Assembly: GCA_016176295.1 (NCBI GenBank)
Contig: JACOXN010000007.1
Span: 1 to 53,787 of the forward strand
Origin: Candidatus Giovannonibacteria bacterium
GTDB taxonomy: Bacteria; Patescibacteriota; Minisyncoccia; UBA11713; 2-01-FULL-45-33
Reading direction: 5' to 3'
Length of the DNA: 53,787 nucleotides
This document shows positions 9,291 to 18,322 of this stretch, one piece after another; the first letter of the stretch is position 1, and each line of letters begins with the position of its first letter. Under the pieces are notes generated by a model, which did not search any database, was not told the DNA's origin, and worked only from the letters and a program-made list of their open reading frames with translations. Position numbers and translations under genes: made by a program.

Positions 9291-10613
9291 ATGACCGGCC
9301 AAATTAAAACCAGATTCGCACCGAGCCCGACAGGCTTTCTTCATGTGGGAGGAATCCGCACGGCCCTCTATAATTATCTTTTCGCGAAGCAGCATGGCGG
9401 CAAATTCATTTTGCGCATTGAGGACACGGACCGGGCGCGCTTGGTGGAAGGAGCGGAGGAAAACATCGTCGGAACTTTAAAAGATTTCGGACTTGATTTT
9501 GACGAGGGACCAAACCGGCAATCCGAAAACCTCGAAAAATACAAAAAACTTGCGGAAGAACTTGTAAGCAAAGGTCTGGCCTACGCCGACGAAGGAGCCA
9601 TCCGCTTCAAAATGCCAAATGAAGGGACTATCGAGTTTACCGACATCATCCGCGGGAAAATAGAGATAGAAAATAAATTGCAGGAAGATTTTGTCATATT
9701 AAAATCCGACGGCTATCCAACTTACAATTTAGCCCACTTAGTGGACGACCACGAGACGGGAGTTACCCATGTCATCCGCGGTGAGGAATTTATATCTTCC
9801 ATGCCCAAATATATCGCGCTCCATCGCGCGTTCGGCTGGGAGCTTCCGCAATACGCGCACTTGCCTCTGCTTTTAAACAGCAAGCGGGCCAAGCTTTCAA
9901 AACGCGAAGGGGACGTAGCGGTAAAGGATTTTTTGGAACAGGGCTACCTTAAAGAGGCTATCATCAATTTTGTTGCGCTTTTGGGATGGCACCCGAGCCA
10001 GTCGGACCGGGAACTTTTTTCATTGGAAGACCTTATTAAGGAATTCAGACTTGAAGACGTGCAAAAAGCCGGCGCGGTCTTCGACCTTCAGAAATTGGAC
10101 TGGATGAACGGAGAGTATATACGAAAAACATCGCCTCGAAAAATTCTAGAACTGGTACGTCCCAATAATAAATATATAGACGACCAACTCGACGATATGA
10201 TAAAAAACAAACCGGCGTTTTTATCTGACGAAAAGATTGAACAAATCATTGCTTTGGAACAGCCGCGCCTGAAAAAACTCTCAGAGATAGGGGATAAAAT
10301 TGATTTCTTTTTCCGCACGCCGGAATACGATAAAGAACTGCTCCGCTGGAAGACAATGACGGATGACGAAATCAAAAAATCTTTGAACTCTGCGATCCAG
10401 ATTTTACAGGAAGTCTCTGAAAAGAATTTCACAAAAGAAGAGTTGGAAAAGCTGCTGCTGAAAAAAGCGGAAGAAATAGGGGATAGAGGTACGCTTTTGT
10501 GGCCGCTCCGAACAGCGCTTTCCGGCAAAAAAGCCTCCCCCGGCCCGTTTGAAATAATGGATATTCTGGGAAAAGAGGAAACCCTTTTGAGACTCAATAA
10601 AGCTCTGCTATAA
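9291..10613 (+). CDS. gltX: Glutamate--tRNA ligase
   Basis: TRFAPSPTGFLHVGG (HIGH), RIEDTD, THVIRGEE and KLSKR (KMSKS) motifs. Confidence 0.93.
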   Translation: MTGQIKTRFAPSPTGFLHVGGIRTALYNYLFAKQHGGKFILRIEDTDRARLVEGAEENIVGTLKDFGLDFDEGPNRQSENLEKYKKLAEELVSKGLAYADEGAIRFKMPNEGTIEFTDIIRGKIEIENKLQEDFVILKSDGYPTYNLAHLVDDHETGVTHVIRGEEFISSMPKYIALHRAFGWELPQYAHLPLLLNSKRAKLSKREGDVAVKDFLEQGYLKEAIINFVALLGWHPSQSDRELFSLEDLIKEFRLEDVQKAGAVFDLQKLDWMNGEYIRKTSPRKILELVRPNNKYIDDQLDDMIKNKPAFLSDEKIEQIIALEQPRLKKLSEIGDKIDFFFRTPEYDKELLRWKTMTDDEIKKSLNSAIQILQEVSEKNFTKEELEKLLLKKAEEIGDRGTLLWPLRTALSGKKASPGPFEIMDILGKEETLLRLNKALL

Positions 10614-10683
10614 GCTATAACATATGTCAAGTTTTAGAGCTATTTTCTTAGTATCAGCTTTTTTTATGATACAATGCAAGCAC

Positions 10684-11961
10684 ATGAACCGAAGGGGAAA
10701 AATCGGGTTTTTGGTGCTTTTTAGCCTTATCACGCTGTTTTTTTCCGACGGCTTAAGGTTTAACTATCCGCAAAGCTTGGCCGCGACTCAAAATGAATTA
10801 AAACAACGCATTGAAGAAAGGAACAAAGAGATTCAAAAACTCGAGGAAGAAATAAAACAATATCAGACAAGCCTTGAAGCAACATCGGATGCGGCTTCTT
10901 CACTAAAGGGCGAAATAAGCCGAATCAACGGACAAATAAAAAATCTAAACAGCCAGATATTCCTCGCGCAAAAACAAATATCGAAAAAAGAACTGGAGAT
11001 CGGCGGGCTGGAACAGGATATTTCCGACACATCGCTGCAACTTGATGAACGTCAGGAAACTCTAAAAAAAATACTTCGCAAACTGAACGAAACTGAATCC
11101 GAAAGCACCATGGAAGTACTACTCAAATACCGAAACATCTCCGATTTTTTCGGAGTTTTAGAATCCTTTAAGATATTGAATGACAATATAAAAAATAACT
11201 TCGAAACATTAACGGTATTAAAAACCGATTTTGAAGAAAAAAAGACCGAAGCGGAAACCGCGCAAAAAAAACTGGCCAGTTACAAAGTTGAGCTGGCCGA
11301 TACGCGAATGATAGAAGAGCAAGGCCGAGCCGTCAAAGATAATCTTCTAAAAGCCACCAAAAATCAGGAAGCACAGTACCAAAAACTCTTAAAAGACCGC
11401 GCAGCCCAAAGGGATGCAATATTAAAAGAGATACAAGACACTGAAGACGAACTTCGGAAACTTATTGACCCCAATAAAATTCCGGAAGGGCGTCCCGGAG
11501 TTCTTGCCTGGCCGATCGAAGGAGCCGTGCTCACTCAAAGTTTCGGAGCCACTCCCGAATCGAAGATACTTTATAACGGCAAACCCCATAACGGAATAGA
11601 TATAAAGGCTAAAACCGGTACTCCCGTAAAGGCAGCCGAAGACGGCATAGTTTTGAACACGGGAAATACCGACGCGTATCCGCGCTGCCTTTCTTACGGA
11701 AAATGGATCCTGATAAAACATCCCAATAACCTGGCTACGCTCTATGCACACCTATCTTTGATAAAAGTCAATACCGGTGATATGGTTAGTAGAGGAGATT
11801 TGATAGCTTATTCCGGAAGCACCGGCTACGCCACCGGCCCGCATCTGCATTTTACAGTCTATGACGCGAGTACAGTCGAATTTAAAGCTTCCGGGCTTGC
11901 AAATAGCACCTGCAAGCTATTGCCATTTGGAGGTTATTTAAACCCATTAGCGTACCTATAA
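10684..11961 (+). CDS. Coiled-coil plus M23 peptidase (EnvC-like murein hydrolase or activator)
   Basis: Signal/TM segment, long coiled coil, HNGID (HxxxD) and HLHF (HxH); start placed at ATG 10684 after an extended -10. Confidence 0.85.
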   Translation: MNRRGKIGFLVLFSLITLFFSDGLRFNYPQSLAATQNELKQRIEERNKEIQKLEEEIKQYQTSLEATSDAASSLKGEISRINGQIKNLNSQIFLAQKQISKKELEIGGLEQDISDTSLQLDERQETLKKILRKLNETESESTMEVLLKYRNISDFFGVLESFKILNDNIKNNFETLTVLKTDFEEKKTEAETAQKKLASYKVELADTRMIEEQGRAVKDNLLKATKNQEAQYQKLLKDRAAQRDAILKEIQDTEDELRKLIDPNKIPEGRPGVLAWPIEGAVLTQSFGATPESKILYNGKPHNGIDIKAKTGTPVKAAEDGIVLNTGNTDAYPRCLSYGKWILIKHPNNLATLYAHLSLIKVNTGDMVSRGDLIAYSGSTGYATGPHLHFTVYDASTVEFKASGLANSTCKLLPFGGYLNPLAYL

Positions 11962-11965
11962 AAAC

Positions 11966-12208
11966 ATGCCTAAACAGGGTTTTATACAAATTTTAATAAT
12001 AATAGCCCTTCTCGTAATAATATTAAGCCTTTTAGGGGTTTCTTTAAAATCGCTGTTCACAGACACTTTGCTTAAAGATAATTTCAAATACTTAGGCGGA
12101 TGGATGCTTAAACTGTGGGATAAATCATACGCCTACGTTAAAGATAAATTTGCTACGGTACTGGAAGAAAAAGCTCCCAGCGAAGCGAACGCAACGACTA
12201 CCCAATAA
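11966..12208 (+). CDS. Small membrane protein with pilin-like N-terminus (GFIQILIII)
   Basis: 80-aa ORF 4 nt after the M23 gene, hydrophobic N-terminus. Confidence 0.65.
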   Translation: MPKQGFIQILIIIALLVIILSLLGVSLKSLFTDTLLKDNFKYLGGWMLKLWDKSYAYVKDKFATVLEEKAPSEANATTTQ

Positions 12209-12217
12209 CAGGCATAC

Positions 12218-12245
12218 ACGTCGCAAAATAGTTATTGTGCGAACT
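12218..12245. repeat. dif-like 11-6-11 palindrome ACGTCGCAAAA-TAGTTA-TTGTGCGAACT
   Basis: Imperfect inverted arms with AA|spacer|TT boundaries, as in Xer sites. Confidence 0.45.
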
Positions 12246-12248
12246 TTA

Positions 12249-12773
12249 TTATAGAGCTGAAGACCTGTTTCCTACCCATTTATGGGGCTTCAGTATCTGC
12301 CTGAGACCTATTAGTTCTTGATTAATAGATTCCAATCGTTCTAAATCTTCTTTTATCCAATTTGTTTTTACAAATCCCGAAACACCTGGGCGTGCATTGA
12401 TTTCTTTTCTTTTAGTTCTAAAAATAATTTCCAACGCCTCCTTCCACAATTCGAAATCAAATCGTTTTTTAGCCTGTAAGTTATTTTTTTCAAAAAAGGG
12501 CATTATTTTTTCATATAACTCTCTTACATCGGTAACCTGATATCTCGCAAATCCTCTTTCACCAATACTTATGCTACCGCAATCTAGGGTTGCTCTGATC
12601 CTTTTAAGAATTTCAATATCATCTTTTCGAAGAACGATACTGAACTGAATCTTCCAAGAATAATATATCGGTTTATTAGTGCGTTCGTGACGAACATCTT
12701 TTCTGAAATTAATAGAAAAACACCCTTCTCCGTCCACAAATCCCACTATATATTCTTCTGGCAATATATCCAT
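12249..12773 (-). CDS. Free-standing single-motif LAGLIDADG homing endonuclease
   Basis: EYIVGFVDGEGCF motif, F-x-I-x-L-x3-D-x3-L, and LQAKKRFDF-like tail; AT-rich. Confidence 0.9.
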   Translation of the reverse strand: MDILPEEYIVGFVDGEGCFSINFRKDVRHERTNKPIYYSWKIQFSIVLRKDDIEILKRIRATLDCGSISIGERGFARYQVTDVRELYEKIMPFFEKNNLQAKKRFDFELWKEALEIIFRTKRKEINARPGVSGFVKTNWIKEDLERLESINQELIGLRQILKPHKWVGNRSSAL

Positions 12774-12792
12774 TTTTTAATTAAATTGATTG

Positions 12793-12819
12793 ATGTCGCA
12801 CAATGATATTATACGACAA
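12793..12819. repeat. dif-like 11-5-11 palindrome ATGTCGCACAA-TGATA-TTATACGACAA
   Basis: Resembles the 12218 site in both orientations. Confidence 0.4.
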
Positions 12820-12858
12820 ACACTTTCTAAATTCAAGAAAGCAAGATAAAATTTTTCT

Positions 12859-14040
12859 ATGCGTACTTCGTATTCTGCAATCCAAACGTACAATCAGTGC
12901 CCGCAGAAATTCAAATTCCAAGTGCTGGATAAAATTCCTTCAAAGCCGAGCCCCGAAGCCACCTTCGGCAATTCAGTCCACAGCGCTTTAAATTACATGT
13001 TTTCCAGAAGCCCGGTTTATCCAACCATGGACGAGATCCTTTCGCATTTTTCGGAAAAATGGAAAAGCGCTTCCATTAAGCTTCCCGACCTTGCGATACA
13101 ACTAAAAGACACCTACGAAGAAAGCGGCAAGAAACTTATTAAGGAATTTCATAAAAAAAATCCGCCATGGAATTTTTCCACAGTGGATACCGAATCACAT
13201 TTCGAAGTCCTACTGCCGGACCCGGAAAACGGCCAAAACCACGTTCTGGCCGGCATTATAGACCGCATCGATAAGATCGGCGAAGGCTCTTACGAAATAA
13301 TCGATTACAAGACGGGCCGACGCCTCCCCTCGCAGGACCGGATAAATTCCGACCTACAGCTTTCCGTATACCATCTGGCGCTTCTTAAACGCTGGCCGCA
13401 CGTTAAAGCCGCTGATGTAAAGCTTAGTCTTTATTTTTTAAAGCACGCGGAAAAACTTTCGTCTTCCAGGACGATGGCGGACCTGGAAGAAACCAAAAAA
13501 ACCGTACTCAAAACCATCCGCGATATCCAGGGACAACAGGCCGAAAATAATTTTCCCGCGATTCCCTCGCCTCTTTGCGAATACTGCCCGTATAAGCAAA
13601 TCTGCCCCGCCTGGAAACATCTCTACAAGAAAACCGCGGCCTCAGCGCCGAATGAATCCCAGCTTCAGCAGGCGCTGCAGGAATATTTTGCCATAAAAAG
13701 CGATGACAATAAAAATAAAAAAAGGCTTTCAGAGCTCCAAGGAATTATCACCGCTTATATGGAAGCCTACGGGCTGGACCGAGTTTTTGACGACCGCGGC
13801 TACTACATATCGCAAAAACTCCAGCAGCGCTTTAAGTTTGATTTTGAGCAAATAAAGGCCATCCTCTGCTCCGCGGGACTTGAAGAAAAATGGAGCCAGC
13901 TTTTGGAAGCCGACGAAAAGAAACTCAAAATAATATTGAAAGAACTTCCTCCGGAACTCCAAGTCAGGATCATGGAACAAAAAACCCTCTCCAAAGAATT
14001 TAAAGTTTTGGTTGCTTCGTCAAAACCTGTAAAAAAGTAA
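12859..14040 (+). CDS. PD-(D/E)XK nuclease, RecB/AddB/Cas4-like
   Basis: SYS...CPQKF, FGNSVH, GIIDRID, IIDYKTG, QLSVY and CEYCPYKQIC (four-Cys Fe-S staple pattern). Confidence 0.85.
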   Translation: MRTSYSAIQTYNQCPQKFKFQVLDKIPSKPSPEATFGNSVHSALNYMFSRSPVYPTMDEILSHFSEKWKSASIKLPDLAIQLKDTYEESGKKLIKEFHKKNPPWNFSTVDTESHFEVLLPDPENGQNHVLAGIIDRIDKIGEGSYEIIDYKTGRRLPSQDRINSDLQLSVYHLALLKRWPHVKAADVKLSLYFLKHAEKLSSSRTMADLEETKKTVLKTIRDIQGQQAENNFPAIPSPLCEYCPYKQICPAWKHLYKKTAASAPNESQLQQALQEYFAIKSDDNKNKKRLSELQGIITAYMEAYGLDRVFDDRGYYISQKLQQRFKFDFEQIKAILCSAGLEEKWSQLLEADEKKLKIILKELPPELQVRIMEQKTLSKEFKVLVASSKPVKK

Positions 14041-14048
14041 ACTATTTT

Positions 14049-14071
14049 TGGCCAACCTGCTAGGTTAGCCA
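14049..14071. repeat. Palindrome TGGCCAAC-N7-GTTAGCCA
   Basis: Between convergent stop codons; same family as 4675 and 30917. Confidence 0.55.
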
Positions 14072-14084
14072 AAACGTCATTTTT

Positions 14085-14321
14085 TCAACTTTCCTCAATG
14101 CTTATCGGCTCTTTTGGCGGGCTAAGCTCGTAGAGCCTCCAGAGACCTATTAGAGCTGAAATTGTGAGAAAAACGAACAAAAATAGGGTCAAATCAGCCC
14201 TATTTCTCAAGTACCACTGATGTGCCTTATACCAAACAGAAGACTTGCCTACCGGTAAGGCAGGCTTGCCTACCGATGAGGCAGGCTTGCTTCCTTTTGT
14301 AGAATCTGATATATTATCCAT
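14085..14321 (-). CDS. Small single-TM hypothetical protein
   Basis: 78-aa ORF with TM segment LTLFLFVFLTISALIGLW. Confidence 0.6.
   Translation of the reverse strand: MDNISDSTKGSKPASSVGKPALPVGKSSVWYKAHQWYLRNRADLTLFLFVFLTISALIGLWRLYELSPPKEPISIEES
14244..14290. repeat. Tandem 21-bp REP-like repeat (CTTGCCTACCG-N4-GGCAGG) x2.2
   Basis: Units at 14244-14264 and 14265-14285 plus partial CTTGC; in frame within the 78-aa ORF. Confidence 0.75.
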
Positions 14322-14368
14322 ATCTTATTTAGGAATTAGATATTAGATGTTAGAAATTTGCAACTGAT

Positions 14369-14641
14369 ATGGCACATACAAAAGCCGGCGGGTCTACGCA
14401 AAACAACCGAGATTCACAGCCCAAATATCTGGGGATAAAACTTTTTGCCGGTGAAAACGCCAGGCCGGGTTCCATTCTTGTACGCCAACGCGGCACTAAA
14501 TTCGTGCCCGGAGGCGGCACCAGGATAGGCAAAGACGATACTATCTACGCGGTAAAAAATGGAACAGTTAAATATTCCGACAAAAGAGCGATAGGTTTCG
14601 ACGGTTCCAACAAGCGACTTAAAGTAGTTTCGGTCAATTAA
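14369..14641 (+). CDS. rpmA: 50S ribosomal protein L27
   Basis: [33 protein letters not shown]. Confidence 0.96.
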   Translation: MAHTKAGGSTQNNRDSQPKYLGIKLFAGENARPGSILVRQRGTKFVPGGGTRIGKDDTIYAVKNGTVKYSDKRAIGFDGSNKRLKVVSVN

Positions 14642-14682
14642 ATAAGGAAAAGAAAAAAACCTATTTTTCTTTTCCTTATTTT
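14641..14682. terminator. Bidirectional hairpin between rpmA and rplI
   Basis: Perfect 18-bp inverted repeat 14641-14658 / 14665-14682 overlapping the rplI stop. Confidence 0.6.
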
Positions 14683-15197
14683 TTAGCGGTTTTTTTAGTT
14701 TCCGCTTTTTTATGCTTTGCTTCCTCTTTTTTAGCGTCGGCTGTAACTTCTAGCCTCAAAGTAAAAGATGCGCCTCCGCTTCCGGTGACTTTAACTTCAT
14801 GTGTGCCAATCACCTTGATGTGCTCGGTAAAACTTATCAATTCCTGAATGTTTTCAGGAATATGCGCGATTTTGAGACCTCTTAAGGCATGCGCCACGTC
14901 TTCGGCTGAGATAGCCGCGTATAGATTCCCCTTTTCATCCGCTTTTTTTGAAAGCCTCAGCACACCGGCTGTTTTTTCACGCGTTTGTTTTTCAAACCCA
15001 CCGAACTTTTCCGTTTCCGCGGCTTCTTTCGCCTTTTTTTCGGAAAGCTCTTTATCGCGTTCCGCTATGCCGGAAGAAGTGGCTAATTTGGCGAGGTTAT
15101 TGGGTATCAGGAAATTCCTGGCGTATCCGTCGGAAACATCCTTCACATCGCCTCTTTTCCCCACATTCAAAACGTCTTTAAGTAAGATTATTTTCAT
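14676..15197 (-). CDS. rplI: 50S ribosomal protein L9
   Basis: MKIILLKDV..VGKRGDVKDVSDGYARNFLIP; C-terminal domain with IKVIGTH. Confidence 0.95.
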   Translation of the reverse strand: MKIILLKDVLNVGKRGDVKDVSDGYARNFLIPNNLAKLATSSGIAERDKELSEKKAKEAAETEKFGGFEKQTREKTAGVLRLSKKADEKGNLYAAISAEDVAHALRGLKIAHIPENIQELISFTEHIKVIGTHEVKVTGSGGASFTLRLEVTADAKKEEAKHKKAETKKTAKK

Positions 15198-15289
15198 ATT
15201 GATTTGTATACTAACGCGTTTTTTTATTATTACACAAGAGACGTTTCGCGTACAGTTGACAGAATAGGGTAGCTGTGCTTTTTATTAGA

Positions 15290-15457
15290 CAGAAAAGAAA
15301 AAGTTTGAAAAGGAATAATAGCTATGAGCTTCATTGTAGTCGTCTGCCAGTTTACACAGTAATTCAGTGCTTATGCCTTTCAAACTGGCGTCGGTGAGTG
15401 AGCAAATTGGTTCCATCATCTACATCGATGAATACAATACTATTCATCGATTTTTTT
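15290..15457 (+). ncRNA. Candidate small RNA or short-peptide transcript
   Basis: TTGACA at 15256, internal inverted repeats, and + strand terminator ATCGATGAATA/TATTCATCGAT-T6 (15424-15457) with no + strand gene to terminate. Confidence 0.3.
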
Positions 15458-15458
15458 G

Positions 15459-16736
15459 TTACATTGTCTTCAAAATTTCCAGTGCCTTTTCCATATAAAG
15501 GTCCCGGCCGGACGCTTCGTCTTTTTCCGAAACTTTCACCTCATAATCAGGAGCTATCCCCTCCTTTGAAATGTCAACGCCGTTGGGAGTAAGCCATTTG
15601 GCTATGGTGACCTTGATGGAGGAATCTCCGGTCAATGGAACGATTTCCTGCACCGAGCCTTTGCCGAAAGTTTTTTCTCCCACGAGTTTGGCTATGCCAT
15701 TATCATGCAAAGCGCCCGAAACTATCTCCGAAGCGGAAGCGGAGCCGCGGTTCACCAAAATTACCATGGGAAGATTTCTAAAAATGTCATAGCCTTTGCT
15801 CCGGTGCACCTCTCTGTCTTTCCCCTTGTCCTTCCCGAAGTCTTCCTGCACGACGATTTTTCCCTGCGGCAGGAACCAGCTCGAAATATCCACGGCGGCT
15901 TCAAGATAACCCCCCGGATTGTTCCTTAAGTCGAGAACGAGCTTGGTATAACCGCCCTCCGTCATTTCTCTCAAAGCCTGTCTGAACTGGGAAGAAGAGC
16001 CCTCGGAAAAATTATAGAGTTTTATGACGAACACGTCTTTCGGAATATCAGTTTTTTTCTCCGGAGTCTTGCCGTTCGCGTCGGCAACTTTGGTATTGGT
16101 CTCCGTATCCAGAACAGGAATATTTATTATGTCTCTCGTCACCTCGATGACCCTGGGCGAGTCTTCTGTGCCGCGTAAAATTGTAAGCTTGACTTTGGTT
16201 CCGTGCGGGCCGCGGATAAGTTTTACGGCATCGGCCACCGTGAGGTCCTGCGTCGTTTTATCGTCCACCTTCAAAATCTTGTCTCCGGCTTTAAGCCCCG
16301 CCCGCTCGGCTGGCGTATTTTTTAAGGGAGCCACGACGGTTAAAATTTCATCTTTTATTCCTATCTCCATTCCCACGCCTTCGAATTTTCCGCTTATTTC
16401 TATCTCCAGTTCTTTCAGGTCCTCCGGAGGCAAATAAACGGTGTACGGGTCGCCCATGGATTTAACCAAACCCGAAATCGCCCCGTCAACCATTGCGCTC
16501 CTCTCTATCTTCCCTATATCGACATATTTTCTCTCCAGAATGCTCCAGGCGCCCCAAAAAGCCCCAAAATCGGTCTGGGATGCGCTCAAAGACGCGTTCG
16601 GCTCCATGTTGATTACTCCCGCAACCTTGCTTTCACCCGGCATCTTCGAACCGATATATATCCCCCCGAAAAAAACGGCGCCCAGTAAAATTACGGCGCT
16701 TGCGATGTAAATTATTTTCTTCCAAATATTCCGCAT
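15459..16736 (-). CDS. ctpA: Carboxy-terminal processing protease, S41 family
   Basis: DPYT, GVGMEI PDZ domain, LDLRNNPGG, SASASEI, GEKTFGKGSVQ. Confidence 0.92.
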   Translation of the reverse strand: MRNIWKKIIYIASAVILLGAVFFGGIYIGSKMPGESKVAGVINMEPNASLSASQTDFGAFWGAWSILERKYVDIGKIERSAMVDGAISGLVKSMGDPYTVYLPPEDLKELEIEISGKFEGVGMEIGIKDEILTVVAPLKNTPAERAGLKAGDKILKVDDKTTQDLTVADAVKLIRGPHGTKVKLTILRGTEDSPRVIEVTRDIINIPVLDTETNTKVADANGKTPEKKTDIPKDVFVIKLYNFSEGSSSQFRQALREMTEGGYTKLVLDLRNNPGGYLEAAVDISSWFLPQGKIVVQEDFGKDKGKDREVHRSKGYDIFRNLPMVILVNRGSASASEIVSGALHDNGIAKLVGEKTFGKGSVQEIVPLTGDSSIKVTIAKWLTPNGVDISKEGIAPDYEVKVSEKDEASGRDLYMEKALEILKTM

Positions 16737-16840
16737 AGGACTATGTTATCCCATAAACATAAATCGTGCAAAATGTGCGTGCCATGAAGAAAAAATAAAA
16801 AAATTGAAAAAACGGCCTTTTTCTGTCATAATTAAACTCA

Positions 16841-18226
16841 ATGTCCATGGAATTTTGGAACACGCTCACGAAGAAAAAAGAAACTTTCAAGCCGATCACA
16901 AAAAACCAGGCCGGCATTTATACGTGCGGACCCACGGTGTATGACCGCGCTCATATCGGCAACCTTCGCTCGTATGTTTTTTCCGACACATTGCGCCGCA
17001 CTCTGGAGTACGCGGGATTCAAAGTAAAACAAATCGTAAATATCACGGATATCGGACACCTGACTTCCGACGCCGATTCCGGGGACGATAAAATGGTAAA
17101 AGGCCTAAAACGCGAAGGATTGCCTCTCTCTTTGGCGGGACTCAAGCAATTGGCGGACAAATATGAAAAACTATTCAAAGAAGATCTGGAAAAATTAAAT
17201 ATCGAAACTGCCGATGCTTTTCCCAGAGCCACCGAATACCTGCCGGATGAGATCGCGCTTGTCGAAGAACTGGAGAAAAAAGGATTCGCCTACGGGCTTC
17301 CGGACGGAATTTATTTCAACACGGGCAAACTTGATGGATACGGCAAATTGGGCGGTTTGACCCCGGCCGGCGAAGGCCGGGCCCGCGTTGAATCGGGAGA
17401 AAAAAAGAATCCGCGCGATTTCGTTCTCTGGAAACTTTCCCAAGATGAACACCTGGGATTTGAGAGCAAATGGGGGCGGGGCTTCCCGGGCTGGCACATT
17501 GAGTGCTCGGCCATGTCTAGAAAACTTTTGGGCCAGCCTTTCGATATACATACGGGCGGCATAGACCACATTCCGGTGCACCACAATAACGAAATTGCCC
17601 AGTCCGAGGCAGCTTACGGAACGCCGCTCGCGAATTATTGGCTGCATAATGAATTTCTTACTTTATCTGATTCCAAGATGGCGAAATCGGACGGGAACAT
17701 TATTACTTTAGGCGCGCTGGAAGAAAAAGGTTTCTCCCCGCTCGCCTACCGATATTTTCTGCTTCTTTCGCATTACCGGACCCAGACCAGCTTCTCATGG
17801 GAAGCGCTGAAGGCCGCGGAGACCGCGTACAGGCGCATTAAGGAAGCTATCGCCGATATTACTGAAAGCGGCGGCGAGATAAGCGAAATATACAAAAAAG
17901 AATTCAAAGAAGCTATTGAAAACGACTTAAATACCCCCGAAGCCCTGGCGGTTGTCTGGAAACTAATAAAGGACGAAAAGCTCCCCCCCAAAGACATACG
18001 CACGACTATCCTGGATTTCGACCGCATACTCGGCCTCAAGCTTGACCTCAACGAATTCGCAATAGTTGAAATTTCTGAAGAAGTGAAAAAACTTATCGAG
18101 CAAAGGGAAAAGGCCAGGGAAGAGAAAAACTGGGAGGAGGCCGACAGATTAAGACGGGAAATAGAAAAAAACGGCTATTTTGTTGAGGATTCCACCCGGG
18201 GCCCCGTGCTGAAAATGTTGAAATAG
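16841..18226 (+). CDS. cysS: Cysteine--tRNA ligase
   Basis: YTCGPTVYDRAHIGN, PGWHIECSAMS, DIHTGGIDH and KMAKS motifs. Confidence 0.95.
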   Translation: MSMEFWNTLTKKKETFKPITKNQAGIYTCGPTVYDRAHIGNLRSYVFSDTLRRTLEYAGFKVKQIVNITDIGHLTSDADSGDDKMVKGLKREGLPLSLAGLKQLADKYEKLFKEDLEKLNIETADAFPRATEYLPDEIALVEELEKKGFAYGLPDGIYFNTGKLDGYGKLGGLTPAGEGRARVESGEKKNPRDFVLWKLSQDEHLGFESKWGRGFPGWHIECSAMSRKLLGQPFDIHTGGIDHIPVHHNNEIAQSEAAYGTPLANYWLHNEFLTLSDSKMAKSDGNIITLGALEEKGFSPLAYRYFLLLSHYRTQTSFSWEALKAAETAYRRIKEAIADITESGGEISEIYKKEFKEAIENDLNTPEALAVVWKLIKDEKLPPKDIRTTILDFDRILGLKLDLNEFAIVEISEEVKKLIEQREKAREEKNWEEADRLRREIEKNGYFVEDSTRGPVLKMLK

Positions 18227-18257
18227 CCTGCCTGCCGGCAGGCAGGTTTTCAACATT
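18214..18257. repeat. REP-like palindrome CCTGCCTGCCGGCAGGCAGG nested in a larger hairpin
   Basis: 20-bp perfect palindrome 18227-18246 inside AATGTTGAAA / TTTCAACATT arms. Confidence 0.7.
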
Positions 18258-18322
18258 ATTTCCACCGGTTCCCCCATATAGCGTATTTGCTATCGCTACT
18301 TTGAAGTTTTAAACTGAAAGTA

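Noticed and set aside
12209-12858. Group I intron or intein hosting the LAGLIDADG gene
   Set aside because: Flanking genes are complete, no rRNA or tRNA halves are present, and only a few dozen non-coding bases remain, too few for a catalytic core.
14040-14087. TGA read-through extending the 78-aa ORF
   Set aside because: The continuation runs through a palindrome into the antisense of the nuclease gene, and TGA is a normal stop here.
14244-14290. CRISPR array
   Set aside because: Two adjacent 21-bp units with no spacers and no cas operon; the nearby PD-(D/E)XK gene is a solo nuclease.
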